In this document: piece after piece, positions 9,453-19,283 of the stretch | Numbering within the stretch: position 1 is the first letter of the stretch | How the letters are laid out: each line of letters opens with the position of its first letter | Assembly: GCA_036676495.1 (NCBI GenBank) | Contig: JAKFCT010000014.1 | Location: 32,001-96,000, forward strand | Direction: 5' to 3' | Length of the DNA: 64,000 nucleotides | Source: Candidatus Sericytochromatia bacterium | GTDB taxonomy: Bacteria > Cyanobacteriota > Sericytochromatia > S15B-MN24 > UBA4093 | Made by a program: the position numbers and the translations under genes | Notes under the pieces: model-generated | Told to the model about the DNA's origin: nothing | The model's input: only the letters and a program-made list of their open reading frames with translations | Databases searched by the model: none

Positions 9453-10475
9453 CTACTTGCCGCGAATCCGCCGCTGAGCCGCCAAGTGCTCCGCGTAACT
9501 GCGCGTGAATTGATGCGTTCCGTCCCCCCGCGCCACGAAGTAGAGCATCGGCGTCTCCTGGGGGTTCAGGGTCGCCTTCAGGCTGGCCAGGCCCGGATTG
9601 GCGATCGGACCCGGCGGAAGCCCCACGTTGCGGTACGTATTGTACGGGGAGTTCACCTTCACGTCCTTGAAGCTCAGGCCCTTCGATCCCTGTTTCCAGC
9701 CCAGCGCGTACTCGACCGTCGGATCCGATCCGAGCGGCATGCGAAGCCTCAAGCGATTGTAGAAGACTCCGGCAATCAGCGGGCGCTCAGGCGGATGTTG
9801 GGCCTCCAGCTCCACGATCGACGCCAGGGTGACCGTGCGGAACAGGTCCAAGCGCGGCGAGGCCTGCGCCTCCCAAGCCGGCAAGCCCACCTTCTCGAAG
9901 CGGGACAGCATCAGGGAAATCAGGGCCTCCTCGGGAATCTGCGTGCCCCCGTACTCGTACGTATCGGGGAAGAGGAAGCCTTCAAGCGTGGCGCCCTCTG
10001 GAAAGTCCCGTAGCCAGGTGAACCGCTCCTCGAAGCGATCCGGATCCGCGGCGAGCTCCATGAAGCGATCGGCCGACCCGATTCCCTGGGCCTCGAGGAC
10101 CTGGGCCATCTGGCGAACGGAGTACCCTTCGGGGAAGGTGAGGCGTTTCTGTTCGGCCTTGCCCTGCACCATCCAGCGGAGGATTTCCCGAGGGCTCATG
10201 GCCGGAGTCAGCGCGTAGAAGCCCGCCTTGAGGCGGCTCTCGCTTCCCGTGAGGCTGGCCAGCAACCGAAAGGTCCAGGCGCTGCGGATGAAGCCCTGCT
10301 CCTGGAGCGCGGCCGCGACCTGCCCCACTCCGCTGCCGGCCGCGACCGAGAACATCCGGGTCGGAGCCCCGGGGGCGGCTGCGGGGGTCACGCTGAGCAT
10401 CGCACCAACCAGGAGGAGGCTGGCGGCAAGCCCACCGGCCAGCATGATCGTGCGGCGCCTATCAAGCCGAGCCAT
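9453..10475 (-). CDS. mltG: Endolytic transglycosylase MltG
   Basis: TFPEG, LEGFLFPDTY, LASIVELE, SDPTVEY, SPYNTY, GLPPGPIANPG. Confidence 0.95.
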   Translation of the reverse strand: MARLDRRRTIMLAGGLAASLLLVGAMLSVTPAAAPGAPTRMFSVAAGSGVGQVAAALQEQGFIRSAWTFRLLASLTGSESRLKAGFYALTPAMSPREILRWMVQGKAEQKRLTFPEGYSVRQMAQVLEAQGIGSADRFMELAADPDRFEERFTWLRDFPEGATLEGFLFPDTYEYGGTQIPEEALISLMLSRFEKVGLPAWEAQASPRLDLFRTVTLASIVELEAQHPPERPLIAGVFYNRLRLRMPLGSDPTVEYALGWKQGSKGLSFKDVKVNSPYNTYRNVGLPPGPIANPGLASLKATLNPQETPMLYFVARGDGTHQFTRSYAEHLAAQRRIRGK

Positions 10476-10487
10476 GGGGCGTTCCTC

Positions 10488-12545
10488 CTAGTCGAGGGGG
10501 TCGATGATGCGGCCGCTGAAGATCTCGGCGGCCTTGCCGACCACATCGTCCGAGGCGGGCGGCGGCGGGGGCCGGTCCATGAGCGGGGCTAGCGGGACGC
10601 CGAGCCCGAGGTCTTCGGTCGACTCCGTGGAAGACTCGCCCCAGCCCTCGTCGGGCGGCGGTTCGCGATCCGGAGGCTCGAAGTCCATGGGGGCGTCCAT
10701 GGGCGGTTCGACATGCATCGGGGCCGGCTCGGTGACCTCGGGAACCCGCGCTTCCGCTGGCGCGTTGGCCACGGGCGCAGGAGCAGTCGGGACCGCCGGG
10801 GCGGGGGCAGCATGGGGAACGGAACGTTCGGCAGCCGGAGCGGGCGGTGGACTTGGTGGCTGCGGGGCCGACGGAGGCGCAGCCGAGGCAGGCGCAGCGG
10901 CCACCGGGGCGCTCGTGACCTCGAAGGTGAGCTGGAAGCGCGCATTGGCCCCGAAGGTCGCCTTGATGGCCTTCTCGATGTAGGCGCGCCGGTCCTGTTT
11001 CTCGAAGAACATCTTGACCGTGGGCTTGATGCCGATGGTGACGGTCTCCGACTCGAAGCGCGCGAAGACCCCGTGCTGGGAGAGAAGGCTGCCGGTGCTG
11101 CGATGGACCCGGTTGACGCCATCGATCACCTTGCCGAGCACGTCCGCTCCGCCGGCCGCTGCCACGGGCATGGCGGCGGGGCGCGCTTCCGGCTCACGGG
11201 CGGGGGCTGGACGCGGCGCGTCGTGCGGGGGCTCGGTGGGGGCGGGGCTCGCCGGCCGAGACGGTGCGGGAGCGGACGGCGCCGGAGCGGAGACCGGGGG
11301 AGGCGCAGGCCGCGCGGGCGCGACGTCGCGCGCCACGGGACGGACACCGCCCTGCGACAACGCCGCGAGACGCTCCTCGAGATCCGAGACGCGCTCGGCG
11401 AGCGCCTTGATGGAGGGGATCTCGTCACGGCTGGCGAGGCGAATCGCCGCTGCTTCCAGCCAGATCGTCATCTGATGCGAGCCCTTGAGCAAGGCCTCGG
11501 TTTCGCGCAGCACTTCCAGGGAGTAAAGGATGTCGCCGGCGGAGAAGCGATCCGTGAGGGGCTTGAGGCCGTCCAAGAGCCATGAGGGGACGTCCAGGGC
11601 TGCCGCGCGATCGCCGGCCATCTGAAGCAGCATGAGGTGCCGGTAAAGCTCCATCCACTCGCGCAGGACGGCGTGGTGATCGTAGCCGCGGGCGAGTAAG
11701 GCCTGGATCAAAGCGATCGCCTCGGCAGGCTGACGATCCGCCAGCGCTTGGCCCAGGCCGATCACGGCCTCCGCGGACATCAAGCCCAGGGCGTTGAAGA
11801 CGTCCTCGGCGGAGATGGTCTCGGATCCCGTGGAGATGACCTGATCCAGCAGTGAGAGGGCATCGCGCAGGCCGCCGTCGGCGCGCTTCGCCAAGGCCTC
11901 GATGCCGGCACGGGCGACGGAGACGCGCTCCTCGGCCGCAATTCGCTCCAGGTGATCGACCATGGACGGGAAGGGGATGCGCTGGAAGTCGAAGCGCTGG
12001 CACCGCGAGATGACGGTCGGAAGCACCTTGTGAACGTCGGTGGTGGCCAGGATGAAGACGAGGTTCGGCGGGGGTTCCTCGATGGTCTTGAGCAGCGCGT
12101 TGAAGGCCGCGTTGCTCAGCATGTGGACCTCGTCGATGATGTAGACCTTGTAGCGCCCCGCCACCGGAGCGAAGCGCACCTTCTCGCGGAGATCGCGGGC
12201 GTCGTCGACACCGTTGTTGGAGGCCGCGTCGATCTCGATCACATCGACGAAAGACCCGTCGGTGATACCCTTGCAAGCAGGACAAGCCGCGGCGAGGCTC
12301 GCGGGATCGTCCCGGCGAACCACGCAGGGGTTCGGAGTCGGTCCCTTCTCGCAGTTCAACGCCTTGGCGAGGATGCGGGCGCTCGAGGTCTTACCGGTGC
12401 CCCGTGGGCCCGTGAAGAGGAAGGCATGCGCAATCTTGCCATGCGTGATGGCATTTCCCAAGGTACGGGAAATGTGCTCCTGTCCGACGAGATCGGAAAA
12501 GGTCTGGGGACGGTGCTTTCGGTAGAGTGCCTGGCGCTCGGACAT
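10488..12545 (-). CDS. dnaX: DNA polymerase III subunit gamma/tau
   Basis: ALYRKHRPQTF, GPRGTGKT, EIDAASN, DEVHMLS, SRCQRFDF; Pro/Ala-rich C-terminal linkers. Confidence 0.96.
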   Translation of the reverse strand: MSERQALYRKHRPQTFSDLVGQEHISRTLGNAITHGKIAHAFLFTGPRGTGKTSSARILAKALNCEKGPTPNPCVVRRDDPASLAAACPACKGITDGSFVDVIEIDAASNNGVDDARDLREKVRFAPVAGRYKVYIIDEVHMLSNAAFNALLKTIEEPPPNLVFILATTDVHKVLPTVISRCQRFDFQRIPFPSMVDHLERIAAEERVSVARAGIEALAKRADGGLRDALSLLDQVISTGSETISAEDVFNALGLMSAEAVIGLGQALADRQPAEAIALIQALLARGYDHHAVLREWMELYRHLMLLQMAGDRAAALDVPSWLLDGLKPLTDRFSAGDILYSLEVLRETEALLKGSHQMTIWLEAAAIRLASRDEIPSIKALAERVSDLEERLAALSQGGVRPVARDVAPARPAPPPVSAPAPSAPAPSRPASPAPTEPPHDAPRPAPAREPEARPAAMPVAAAGGADVLGKVIDGVNRVHRSTGSLLSQHGVFARFESETVTIGIKPTVKMFFEKQDRRAYIEKAIKATFGANARFQLTFEVTSAPVAAAPASAAPPSAPQPPSPPPAPAAERSVPHAAPAPAVPTAPAPVANAPAEARVPEVTEPAPMHVEPPMDAPMDFEPPDREPPPDEGWGESSTESTEDLGLGVPLAPLMDRPPPPPASDDVVGKAAEIFSGRIIDPLD

Positions 12546-12661
12546 GGCGAGGATTATACCACGAGCTTTTTGCCCCGGGCTCCGAGGCGACCAATCCGCA
12601 TGCATTGAAGTTTTGTCTCGGAGCGCATACCCGGTTGATTATCGGGCCATTGTCTGCCACC

Positions 12662-13945
12662 ATGAGACCCGAGGAAAGTCAATTGACGCCGACTGCCGCC
12701 AGCCTCCCGCAAGCCGCGACCCACTCTGCCCCGGGACCGCTCGTGCCCCGAGGGATTTGGGGCATGGTTGCAGCCGCCTTGCTCTTCCTGCCGCTCTCCT
12801 CGGCCGTCTCGGCCGTGCTTTACCTGATTGCCGCCGCAAGCTTCTTCGTCTGGCGCCGTCGCCATCGCATGCCTCCCTTGCCGGTCGCAGGACGCCTCGG
12901 GGCCGTCATCCTGGGAGGCGTTTGCCTCTCGGCCGCCTTTTCCGTCACGCCCGCCATCAGTTGGGCCTCCGTCCTGCTGACCGGAGGCTACCTCTTGGTC
13001 ATCTGGGTGACGGCCGGGTCTCTCGATACCCCCGAGCGTCTCTGGCAAGCCCAGCGCATCCTCTTCTGGGGAGCCGTGGTCTGGGCGGCCGTCGGGATCG
13101 TGATCTCGCTCGCGGGCTTCCAGTGGACCTTCAACAACGCCGGCATCTTCATCACGCTGGGCACCTGGGACCACCGGGCGAACTCGATCTTCATGCATCC
13201 CAACATCCTTTCGGGCTACCTCTTGATCAGCACGGGGATCGGGCTGTCCTTGCGGACCCGGGAGGGCTTCAGCCGCCGCATGCGCTACAATTCCGGACTC
13301 GCCGTCATCCTGCTTTGCCAGCTCTTGACGCAGTCGCGTTCCGGTTGGATCGGGACTGCCGTGGCCCTCTTGCTCGCAGGCCTGCTGATCGATCGCAAGA
13401 TCCTGGTCAAGGCGGCGCTCGGCCTGGGAGTCGGCCTAATCTTCTTCTACCAGATGATCTGGAACCGGCTCATCACCCTGTCTCAATCGGAGTTCGGAAG
13501 CAATCTCAACCGCACGCGCGTCTGGCATAGCGCCCAGGAGATGATCGCGGACCGTCCGATCTTCGGCTTCGGCCCCGGGTCGTGGACCCAGGCCTATCCG
13601 GCGTACCGCGACCCCCTGGAGTGGGAGAACCTCCAGAACGCGCATTCGTTCTATCTCCACATGGGCGCGGAATACGGCCTGATCGTCCTCGCACTGCTGC
13701 TTGCCTTGACCCTCGGTTTGACCTGGAAGACCGTGACGGAAACGCGCGGCCGACCTCACTGGTGGGCGCCCTCCATGGTCATGGCATGCGTGGTGGTCGG
13801 CTACCTGGTCACGGGCCTCTTCGAGTTCATCTTCTCGGAAGGCCGCAACTCCGTCATCTTCTTCATTCTCTTGGGAATGCTCGCGGCCATGCGCCGGTTC
13901 GTGGCGGCGGAAAAATCCGACGTCAGGGCGTCGGACTCGGAGTGA
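12662..13945 (+). CDS. O-antigen ligase / IctB-like membrane protein
   Basis: Multiple TM helices; HPNILSGYL, TQSRSGWIG, R..VW....M...RPIFGFGPG, NAHSFYL..AEYG. Confidence 0.85.
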   Translation: MRPEESQLTPTAASLPQAATHSAPGPLVPRGIWGMVAAALLFLPLSSAVSAVLYLIAAASFFVWRRRHRMPPLPVAGRLGAVILGGVCLSAAFSVTPAISWASVLLTGGYLLVIWVTAGSLDTPERLWQAQRILFWGAVVWAAVGIVISLAGFQWTFNNAGIFITLGTWDHRANSIFMHPNILSGYLLISTGIGLSLRTREGFSRRMRYNSGLAVILLCQLLTQSRSGWIGTAVALLLAGLLIDRKILVKAALGLGVGLIFFYQMIWNRLITLSQSEFGSNLNRTRVWHSAQEMIADRPIFGFGPGSWTQAYPAYRDPLEWENLQNAHSFYLHMGAEYGLIVLALLLALTLGLTWKTVTETRGRPHWWAPSMVMACVVVGYLVTGLFEFIFSEGRNSVIFFILLGMLAAMRRFVAAEKSDVRASDSE

Positions 13946-15059
13946 GGGCGTTCGCCAGCGTCCGGTAGAGATCGTGCGTCTCGCGGGCCATGTGGCGGTG
14001 GCTGAAGCCTTTGGCCCGCTCACGCGCCTCAGCGGAGTACCGCGCCATGCGATCCGGATCGCTCAGCAGGGCGTCGAGGGCGTCCGACCAGGTTTCGGGG
14101 CCGGCGTCCAGCGGGACCAGGTCTCCTTCGCGTCCCGGCCGGACCAGGCCGCGAAGGGCGGGCAAGTCGGTGGCCAAGACGGGTAAGCCACAAGCCATCG
14201 CCTCCAAAGCGGCCATTCCGAAGGCCTCCTTGCGGGACGGTGTCACGAAGAGATCGTAGGAACGCAAGACGTTTCCGAGATCCGCCCGTTCCCCCAGCCA
14301 GCGGACCGCATGCGTCATCCCGAGCTCCTGGGTCAAGCGCTCGAGGCGGGGGCGCTCGGGGCCGTTTCCGACGATACCCAGGAACACGTTCGGATGGCGC
14401 TCTCGCAATCGCGGCAGGGCCTTGAGCATCAAATCGACCCCCTTGAAGGGATCCAGGCGATTGACCATGCCGATGAGAAGGCTGCCGGCCGGGATGCCCA
14501 GGTCCTGCTTGAGGGTAACCGAGGGGCCATCGAGGCTTTCGAGGTCGATGCCGTTGGGAACGATCCGGGTCATGGCGGCATTCAGCCCGTAGCGCAGCAA
14601 GCGGGCCTGCTCGGGCTCGGACACGGCGATCACGGCCTCGGCCGTCGCGTTCAGCATGAGGCCCGCCTTCATGTAATCCAGCTCGACATGGTAGCCGTGG
14701 GCCGTGAAGACGCGGGGCACCGCCGGAGCCGCCAGCTTCGCCGCCCAGACCAGCTCCATGGCCGCATGGACGTGAACGAGTTCCGTGCCCTGAGCGGCGT
14801 CCGTGCGGATGGCCGAAACCCAGGCCGGCATGCTCCAGATAGACGGGGCGGGAAGCGGTAGGATGGGCAAGCCCGCTGCGCGGAAGGCGTCACGCGCCGG
14901 ACCGTCCGGCAGGGCGATGCGGACCGCGACTCCGGCTTCCTGAAGGCCTCGGCTGAGCAGCAAGACGTGCCGTTCGGTGCCTCCGACGTTGCCGTAGGGC
15001 AGCAGCATGAGGACCCGTCGAGGCCAGGAGGGCGTGGGCAGGGAAGAGGCGTCATGCAT
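13923..15059 (-). CDS. Glycosyltransferase family 4 (GT-B)
   Basis: GGTERH, FTAHG, VPNGID, KGVD, EAFGMAALEAMACGLPV. Confidence 0.92.
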   Translation of the reverse strand: MHDASSLPTPSWPRRVLMLLPYGNVGGTERHVLLLSRGLQEAGVAVRIALPDGPARDAFRAAGLPILPLPAPSIWSMPAWVSAIRTDAAQGTELVHVHAAMELVWAAKLAAPAVPRVFTAHGYHVELDYMKAGLMLNATAEAVIAVSEPEQARLLRYGLNAAMTRIVPNGIDLESLDGPSVTLKQDLGIPAGSLLIGMVNRLDPFKGVDLMLKALPRLRERHPNVFLGIVGNGPERPRLERLTQELGMTHAVRWLGERADLGNVLRSYDLFVTPSRKEAFGMAALEAMACGLPVLATDLPALRGLVRPGREGDLVPLDAGPETWSDALDALLSDPDRMARYSAEARERAKGFSHRHMARETHDLYRTLANALTPSPTP

Positions 15060-15852
15060 GGGATCGATTCACCACAAACGCCATGGGGATGAAGACGAAG
15101 AGGCCCAGCAGGGCGATGGTCCCTCCGCCCTGAATCGGCAGGCCGGTCTCGGCCCAGCGCCAAAGGTCGAGCTGCTGGGACATCGAGAAGAACGCGACCC
15201 AGCTCGCATGGATGCCGACCGCAAGCCAGATGGAGCCGGTGCGCAGGGTACCGAGGGCCAGGACCAATCCCGCCACGACCAGCACGGCGAACATGACCAG
15301 GTCGTTCCACGTGAAGGACGTCCGAATGAAGTGAAGCGCGGCGTAAAGCAGGGCTGAGATCAGCACGGCGCGCCATTCCGGATGGTCGACGGCCAGCGTC
15401 CGCAGGAAGAAGCCGCGAAAGAGGATCTCCTCGCTGATCGCGAAGGCCAGGGAAGCCGCCAGAATCCCGAGCATGAGGCCGAGAGGCCACTGGGTGGGAG
15501 GCGCGAACTGGGCCCAGCCCAAGCGCATCTCGATGCCCATGACGACGGCGAGGCCGCCCGAGCCGACCAGTACCCCGCGGAGGAACTGAAGGCCGGAGGG
15601 CCTCAGGCCCATCTCCGACCAGGGGCGGCGCAAGCGCCGGCGCCAGATGAGGGCGACCAGCGCCACCAGCCAGAGGTAAAGCCCGACCATGTAGGCGGTG
15701 AGATAGGGGGCGGGGATCTCGGCCGGGGTCAGCAGGATCGCGACGGGCTGTCTCGCGAGGCCGAGCAGGATCAGGACCCAGGCGATGATTCCGGCGACGA
15801 GCGCGCCGAAGAAGCCTCCGAGGACTTTGGCAGAGCTAGGCTCAGCGCCCAT
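15052..15852 (-). CDS. CPBP/Abi (CAAX) family intramembrane metalloprotease
   Basis: EEILFRG, YAALH, GSIWLAVGIHASW. Confidence 0.9.
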   Translation of the reverse strand: MGAEPSSAKVLGGFFGALVAGIIAWVLILLGLARQPVAILLTPAEIPAPYLTAYMVGLYLWLVALVALIWRRRLRRPWSEMGLRPSGLQFLRGVLVGSGGLAVVMGIEMRLGWAQFAPPTQWPLGLMLGILAASLAFAISEEILFRGFFLRTLAVDHPEWRAVLISALLYAALHFIRTSFTWNDLVMFAVLVVAGLVLALGTLRTGSIWLAVGIHASWVAFFSMSQQLDLWRWAETGLPIQGGGTIALLGLFVFIPMAFVVNRSHA

Positions 15853-16717
15853 CCTCGAACCTCGGGCGATAGCTCCAGCATTGCTTGAGCAAGTCCAGGT
15901 GGAAGCGGGCGCTCTTGGAGGCCTCCTGGCGTTCTTCCCGGCGGAAGGCTCGCAGCGTGTCGCCCGTGAGTTCGATCAGGGAATGGAGGTTGGCGTAGAG
16001 CCTTCCTGGGATGCCGTGATGCTTGGTGAAGTAGTGGTGGCGGCCGATATGCAGGGCTTCTTTCGCGCGTCGCGGCAGCGAGTCCCGGGTGGCCCCGCCG
16101 TAGTGAATGACTTCCGCGCGGGGAGTGAAGGCGACTTTCCAGCCCTTCCGGCGGGCGCGCGTGCCCCAGTCGCAGTCCTCACCCGTGTAGAAGAAGGCTT
16201 CGTCCAGCAAGCCGATCTCGTCGAGGGCTTGTTTACGGATGATCATGCAGGCGCCGGAGACCCAGCGCGCGGCACAGGCGGTCTCCGGCGAGCTGAAGGC
16301 ATAGGGGAAGCGGTCGGGAGCGCAAGAGGGCTGGGGCGTGCCATCGGCGTTCAAGAGCTTGGCGCCCAGTAAGCCCAGACGCGGATCGCAGTCGAGCGCG
16401 TCCATCATGGCCGCGAGGGCTCCCGGCAGCATCTTGGTGTCGGTATTGAGCAGCATGTAGAAATCGGCCTGCGCGGCGCGTAGCGCCTGATTATTGGCCG
16501 CGGCATAGCCCAGGTTCTCGGCGTTGGCGATCACCCGAACCTCCGGGAAGCGGGCTTCGAGCATGGCGACCGAGCCGTCGTGAGAGCCGTTGTCCACCAC
16601 CCACGCTTCCCAAGAGACATCCGCCTGCTGTGCGGCAAGGGCCTCGAGGGCCTGGGCCAGCAAGTCACGAGTGTTCAGGTTGACCAGGATCACGGCGAGT
16701 TTCAATCGAGCCTCCAC
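15842..16717 (-). CDS. Glycosyltransferase family 2 (rhamnosyltransferase-like)
   Basis: VVDNGSHDGS, NLGYAAANN, LLNTDT, WVSGAC, FFYTGEDCDW. Confidence 0.9.
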   Translation of the reverse strand: MEARLKLAVILVNLNTRDLLAQALEALAAQQADVSWEAWVVDNGSHDGSVAMLEARFPEVRVIANAENLGYAAANNQALRAAQADFYMLLNTDTKMLPGALAAMMDALDCDPRLGLLGAKLLNADGTPQPSCAPDRFPYAFSSPETACAARWVSGACMIIRKQALDEIGLLDEAFFYTGEDCDWGTRARRKGWKVAFTPRAEVIHYGGATRDSLPRRAKEALHIGRHHYFTKHHGIPGRLYANLHSLIELTGDTLRAFRREERQEASKSARFHLDLLKQCWSYRPRFEDGR

Positions 16718-18429
16718 TGCTCATAAAGCGAGCGATAGGAACCGGCTCCTTGCAGGAGCTCGTCGGGGGCACCCACCTCGACGGCGCGGCCCGCGTCGAT
16801 GACGACCACGCGGTCGGCCCGGGTCGCGCTCTTGAGGCGATGGGTGATGAGGATGGTGGTGCGCCCCTTCATCAGGCGCTCCAGGGCTTCCTGGACGACG
16901 GTCTCGGACTCGGCATCGAGTGCGCTGGTGGCCTCGTCCAGGAGCAAGATGCGCGGGTCCTTGAGGATCGCTCGCGCGATGGCGATCCGCTGGCGCTGGC
17001 CGCCGGACAAGGTCGAGCCGCGCTCGCCGACCAGCGACTGATAGCCGTCGGGCAACTGGCTGATGAAGCTATGGGCATTGGCCTGGATCGCGGCGTCGAC
17101 GACCTCGTCGTCGGTGGCGTCGAGCCGGCCGTAGCGGATGTTGTCCATCAGGGTGCCGGCGAAGAGGGGCGTCTCCTGGGGCACGTAGGCAATCTGCTCG
17201 CGGACCCAGGCGACGGGTAGATCCCGGAGGTCCATGCCGTCGAGCGACACGTGTCCGGCGCTCGGGTCGTAGAAGCGCAAGAGCAGCTTGGCGAGCGTGC
17301 TCTTTCCGGATCCGGAGGCGCCGACGACGGCCAGGGCTTCACCGGGACGAACCAGGAGGTCGAGGCCCTTCAGGCCCGTCTGGCCGTTGGGATAGGTGAA
17401 CTGTACTCCCTCGAAGCGGACGGCCCCCTCCACGGTTTCCAGGGGACGCGCATGCGGGCGGTCGACGATGGTGGGAGCCTCGTCGATGACGGCGAAGACG
17501 CGCTCGGCGGCTCCGATGGCGCGCTGAATCCGCCCCACCCCGTTGGAGAGGGCCTGGACCGGCTCGATGCAGATGCCGACCGCCGCCGCGAAGGCCATCA
17601 GGTCCGGCATGGCGAGGCGGCCTTGCAGCATTTCCCAGCCTCCGACCCAGAGCACTCCCGCCAGCGCGACGACCTGCAAGAGCGCGATGGTCGGAAGCTG
17701 CAAGGCCCAGACCTGCTCTCCGCGGAAGGTGGCCAGGAAGTGGGAGTCGTTGACCTCCTCGAAGCGGCGGCGCTCGAAGTCCTCCCGGTTGAAGCTCTTG
17801 ATGGTGGCCGATGCGGCCAGGCTTTCGTTGAGGTACGCCAGGATATCCGCGGATTTCCCCTGCGCCTGCAGGGACCAGAGGCGCAGGCGCGACGCGAAGA
17901 GGCTGATGGCCCAGCCGACGATCGGCATGCCGACGACGGTCAGGAGCGCGAGCCTCCAGTTCAAGGTGAAGAGGTAGCCCAGGGCGGCGATCAGGATCAG
18001 GGTGCTGGGAATGAGCTCGGCGGCACCTTGCGCCAGCGCGTCGCGGACGGCGTTGACGTCGGTGACCAGGCGCGAGGCGGTATCCCCGGACTTGTGCCGG
18101 TCGTGGAAGTCGAGGGACTGCGTTTGCAGGTGGTTGAAGAGGGTGGCGCGGAGATCCGCCACGGCGCGAATCGAGACGTAGCCCATCATCAGCGTCGTCA
18201 GCCAGGTGAAGACGCCCTTGAGGGTGTAGCCGGCGACCGCTGCCAGGATCAGGCGGTTCAAGCCCTCCAGGGTCAACTGCCCGAAGACCTCGCCGGCGTA
18301 GCGCGCGACCGGGATCATCACCATGGCGGCGGACGCGTTGGCCAGGAGCAGGATGGTCAGGCCGACGATGTGAAGCGTGTAAGGGCGTAGGAACGGCAGG
18401 AGCCGGCGCCAGGTATGGAAGGAGCCCAT
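16702..18429 (-). CDS. ABC exporter, fused TMD-NBD (MsbA-like)
   Basis: Six-TM N-terminus, GASGSGKS, LSGGQRQR, LLDEATSALD; start MGSFHTWRR at 18429. Confidence 0.9.
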   Translation of the reverse strand: MGSFHTWRRLLPFLRPYTLHIVGLTILLLANASAAMVMIPVARYAGEVFGQLTLEGLNRLILAAVAGYTLKGVFTWLTTLMMGYVSIRAVADLRATLFNHLQTQSLDFHDRHKSGDTASRLVTDVNAVRDALAQGAAELIPSTLILIAALGYLFTLNWRLALLTVVGMPIVGWAISLFASRLRLWSLQAQGKSADILAYLNESLAASATIKSFNREDFERRRFEEVNDSHFLATFRGEQVWALQLPTIALLQVVALAGVLWVGGWEMLQGRLAMPDLMAFAAAVGICIEPVQALSNGVGRIQRAIGAAERVFAVIDEAPTIVDRPHARPLETVEGAVRFEGVQFTYPNGQTGLKGLDLLVRPGEALAVVGASGSGKSTLAKLLLRFYDPSAGHVSLDGMDLRDLPVAWVREQIAYVPQETPLFAGTLMDNIRYGRLDATDDEVVDAAIQANAHSFISQLPDGYQSLVGERGSTLSGGQRQRIAIARAILKDPRILLLDEATSALDAESETVVQEALERLMKGRTTILITHRLKSATRADRVVVIDAGRAVEVGAPDELLQGAGSYRSLYEQWRLD

Positions 18430-19283
18430 CAGCGCGCTCCCCGGGTCGTGACGCGCGAGAGCCAGCGCTCCCACCAGGTGGTTTCCGGTTCGGCTAGCGC
18501 GTCCTGGCCTTCGAACGGCAGGTAGATGGGGCCCCCCTTGCGATCCTTGGCGACCGCGCGGGCATTCTGCTTGACCGAGCGACGGGCTTCCTCCTGGGTC
18601 ACGCTCGACTGGAAGCCGCGGGGGATGACGAGCTCGGGGAACGGCCCGTCCTGCGGGCGATAATCGAGTGCCAAAAGATACTCCTCGGCGTCCAGGAGGC
18701 TCAGGTTGCGGCCGAAGCCGGCATGGAGCCCCGCGCGGTAGCAACGGGTCGTGTAGGTTTCATGTTCGAAGCCGTAGAGGCCGTAGCGCTCGTTGAACGC
18801 TCCGACGGTCTCGACGACCTGCGCGGTGAGGACCATGAAGACGCCGCCCGGGGGCTCGAACTCCCCGATGGTGAAGCCGTCGACGACGGACTTCTTCTTG
18901 AGGCGGTGGCGTCGGGAATCGTTGAAGTTGAAGTGCTGGATGCCGGTGGCGGCGATCGCCTCGGCGTAGAGCGTCGCCCAGCCGCTCTTGACCGGGTAGC
19001 AATCGTCATCGAAAAGGAAGATCACCTCGCAGCCGGCCAGGGCCGAGAGGCAGCGGTTCTTGGCCTTGGCGATGCCAAGGCGCTCCGGGCTGTTGAGGAC
19101 CATGAGCGCGGGATCCGCGGCCTGCGCCTCGGCCAGGACGCGTTCGGTCTCGTCGTCGCTCGCGTCGTTGACGACCATGAGGCGATAGGGCTCCGGAGTA
19201 TGGGCGCGAAGTTGCCGGAGGGTATTCGCGAGGACCGGCGCCCGATTGCGGGTCGTGACGCCGATGCCGAAGCGGGGGGTCAT
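18429..19283 (-). CDS. Glycosyltransferase family 2
   Basis: GVTTRNR, VVNDASDD, GIAKAKN, FLFDDDC, YGFEH; ATG overlaps the stop of the upstream gene. Confidence 0.82.
   Translation of the reverse strand: MTPRFGIGVTTRNRAPVLANTLRQLRAHTPEPYRLMVVNDASDDETERVLAEAQAADPALMVLNSPERLGIAKAKNRCLSALAGCEVIFLFDDDCYPVKSGWATLYAEAIAATGIQHFNFNDSRRHRLKKKSVVDGFTIGEFEPPGGVFMVLTAQVVETVGAFNERYGLYGFEHETYTTRCYRAGLHAGFGRNLSLLDAEEYLLALDYRPQDGPFPELVIPRGFQSSVTQEEARRSVKQNARAVAKDRKGGPIYLPFEGQDALAEPETTWWERWLSRVTTRGAR

Noticed and set aside
10488-11400. Programmed frameshift or tandem repeats in dnaX
   Set aside because: No A-AAA-AAG or poly-A slippery run seen; the Pro/Ala-rich stretches are ordinary low-complexity linkers.
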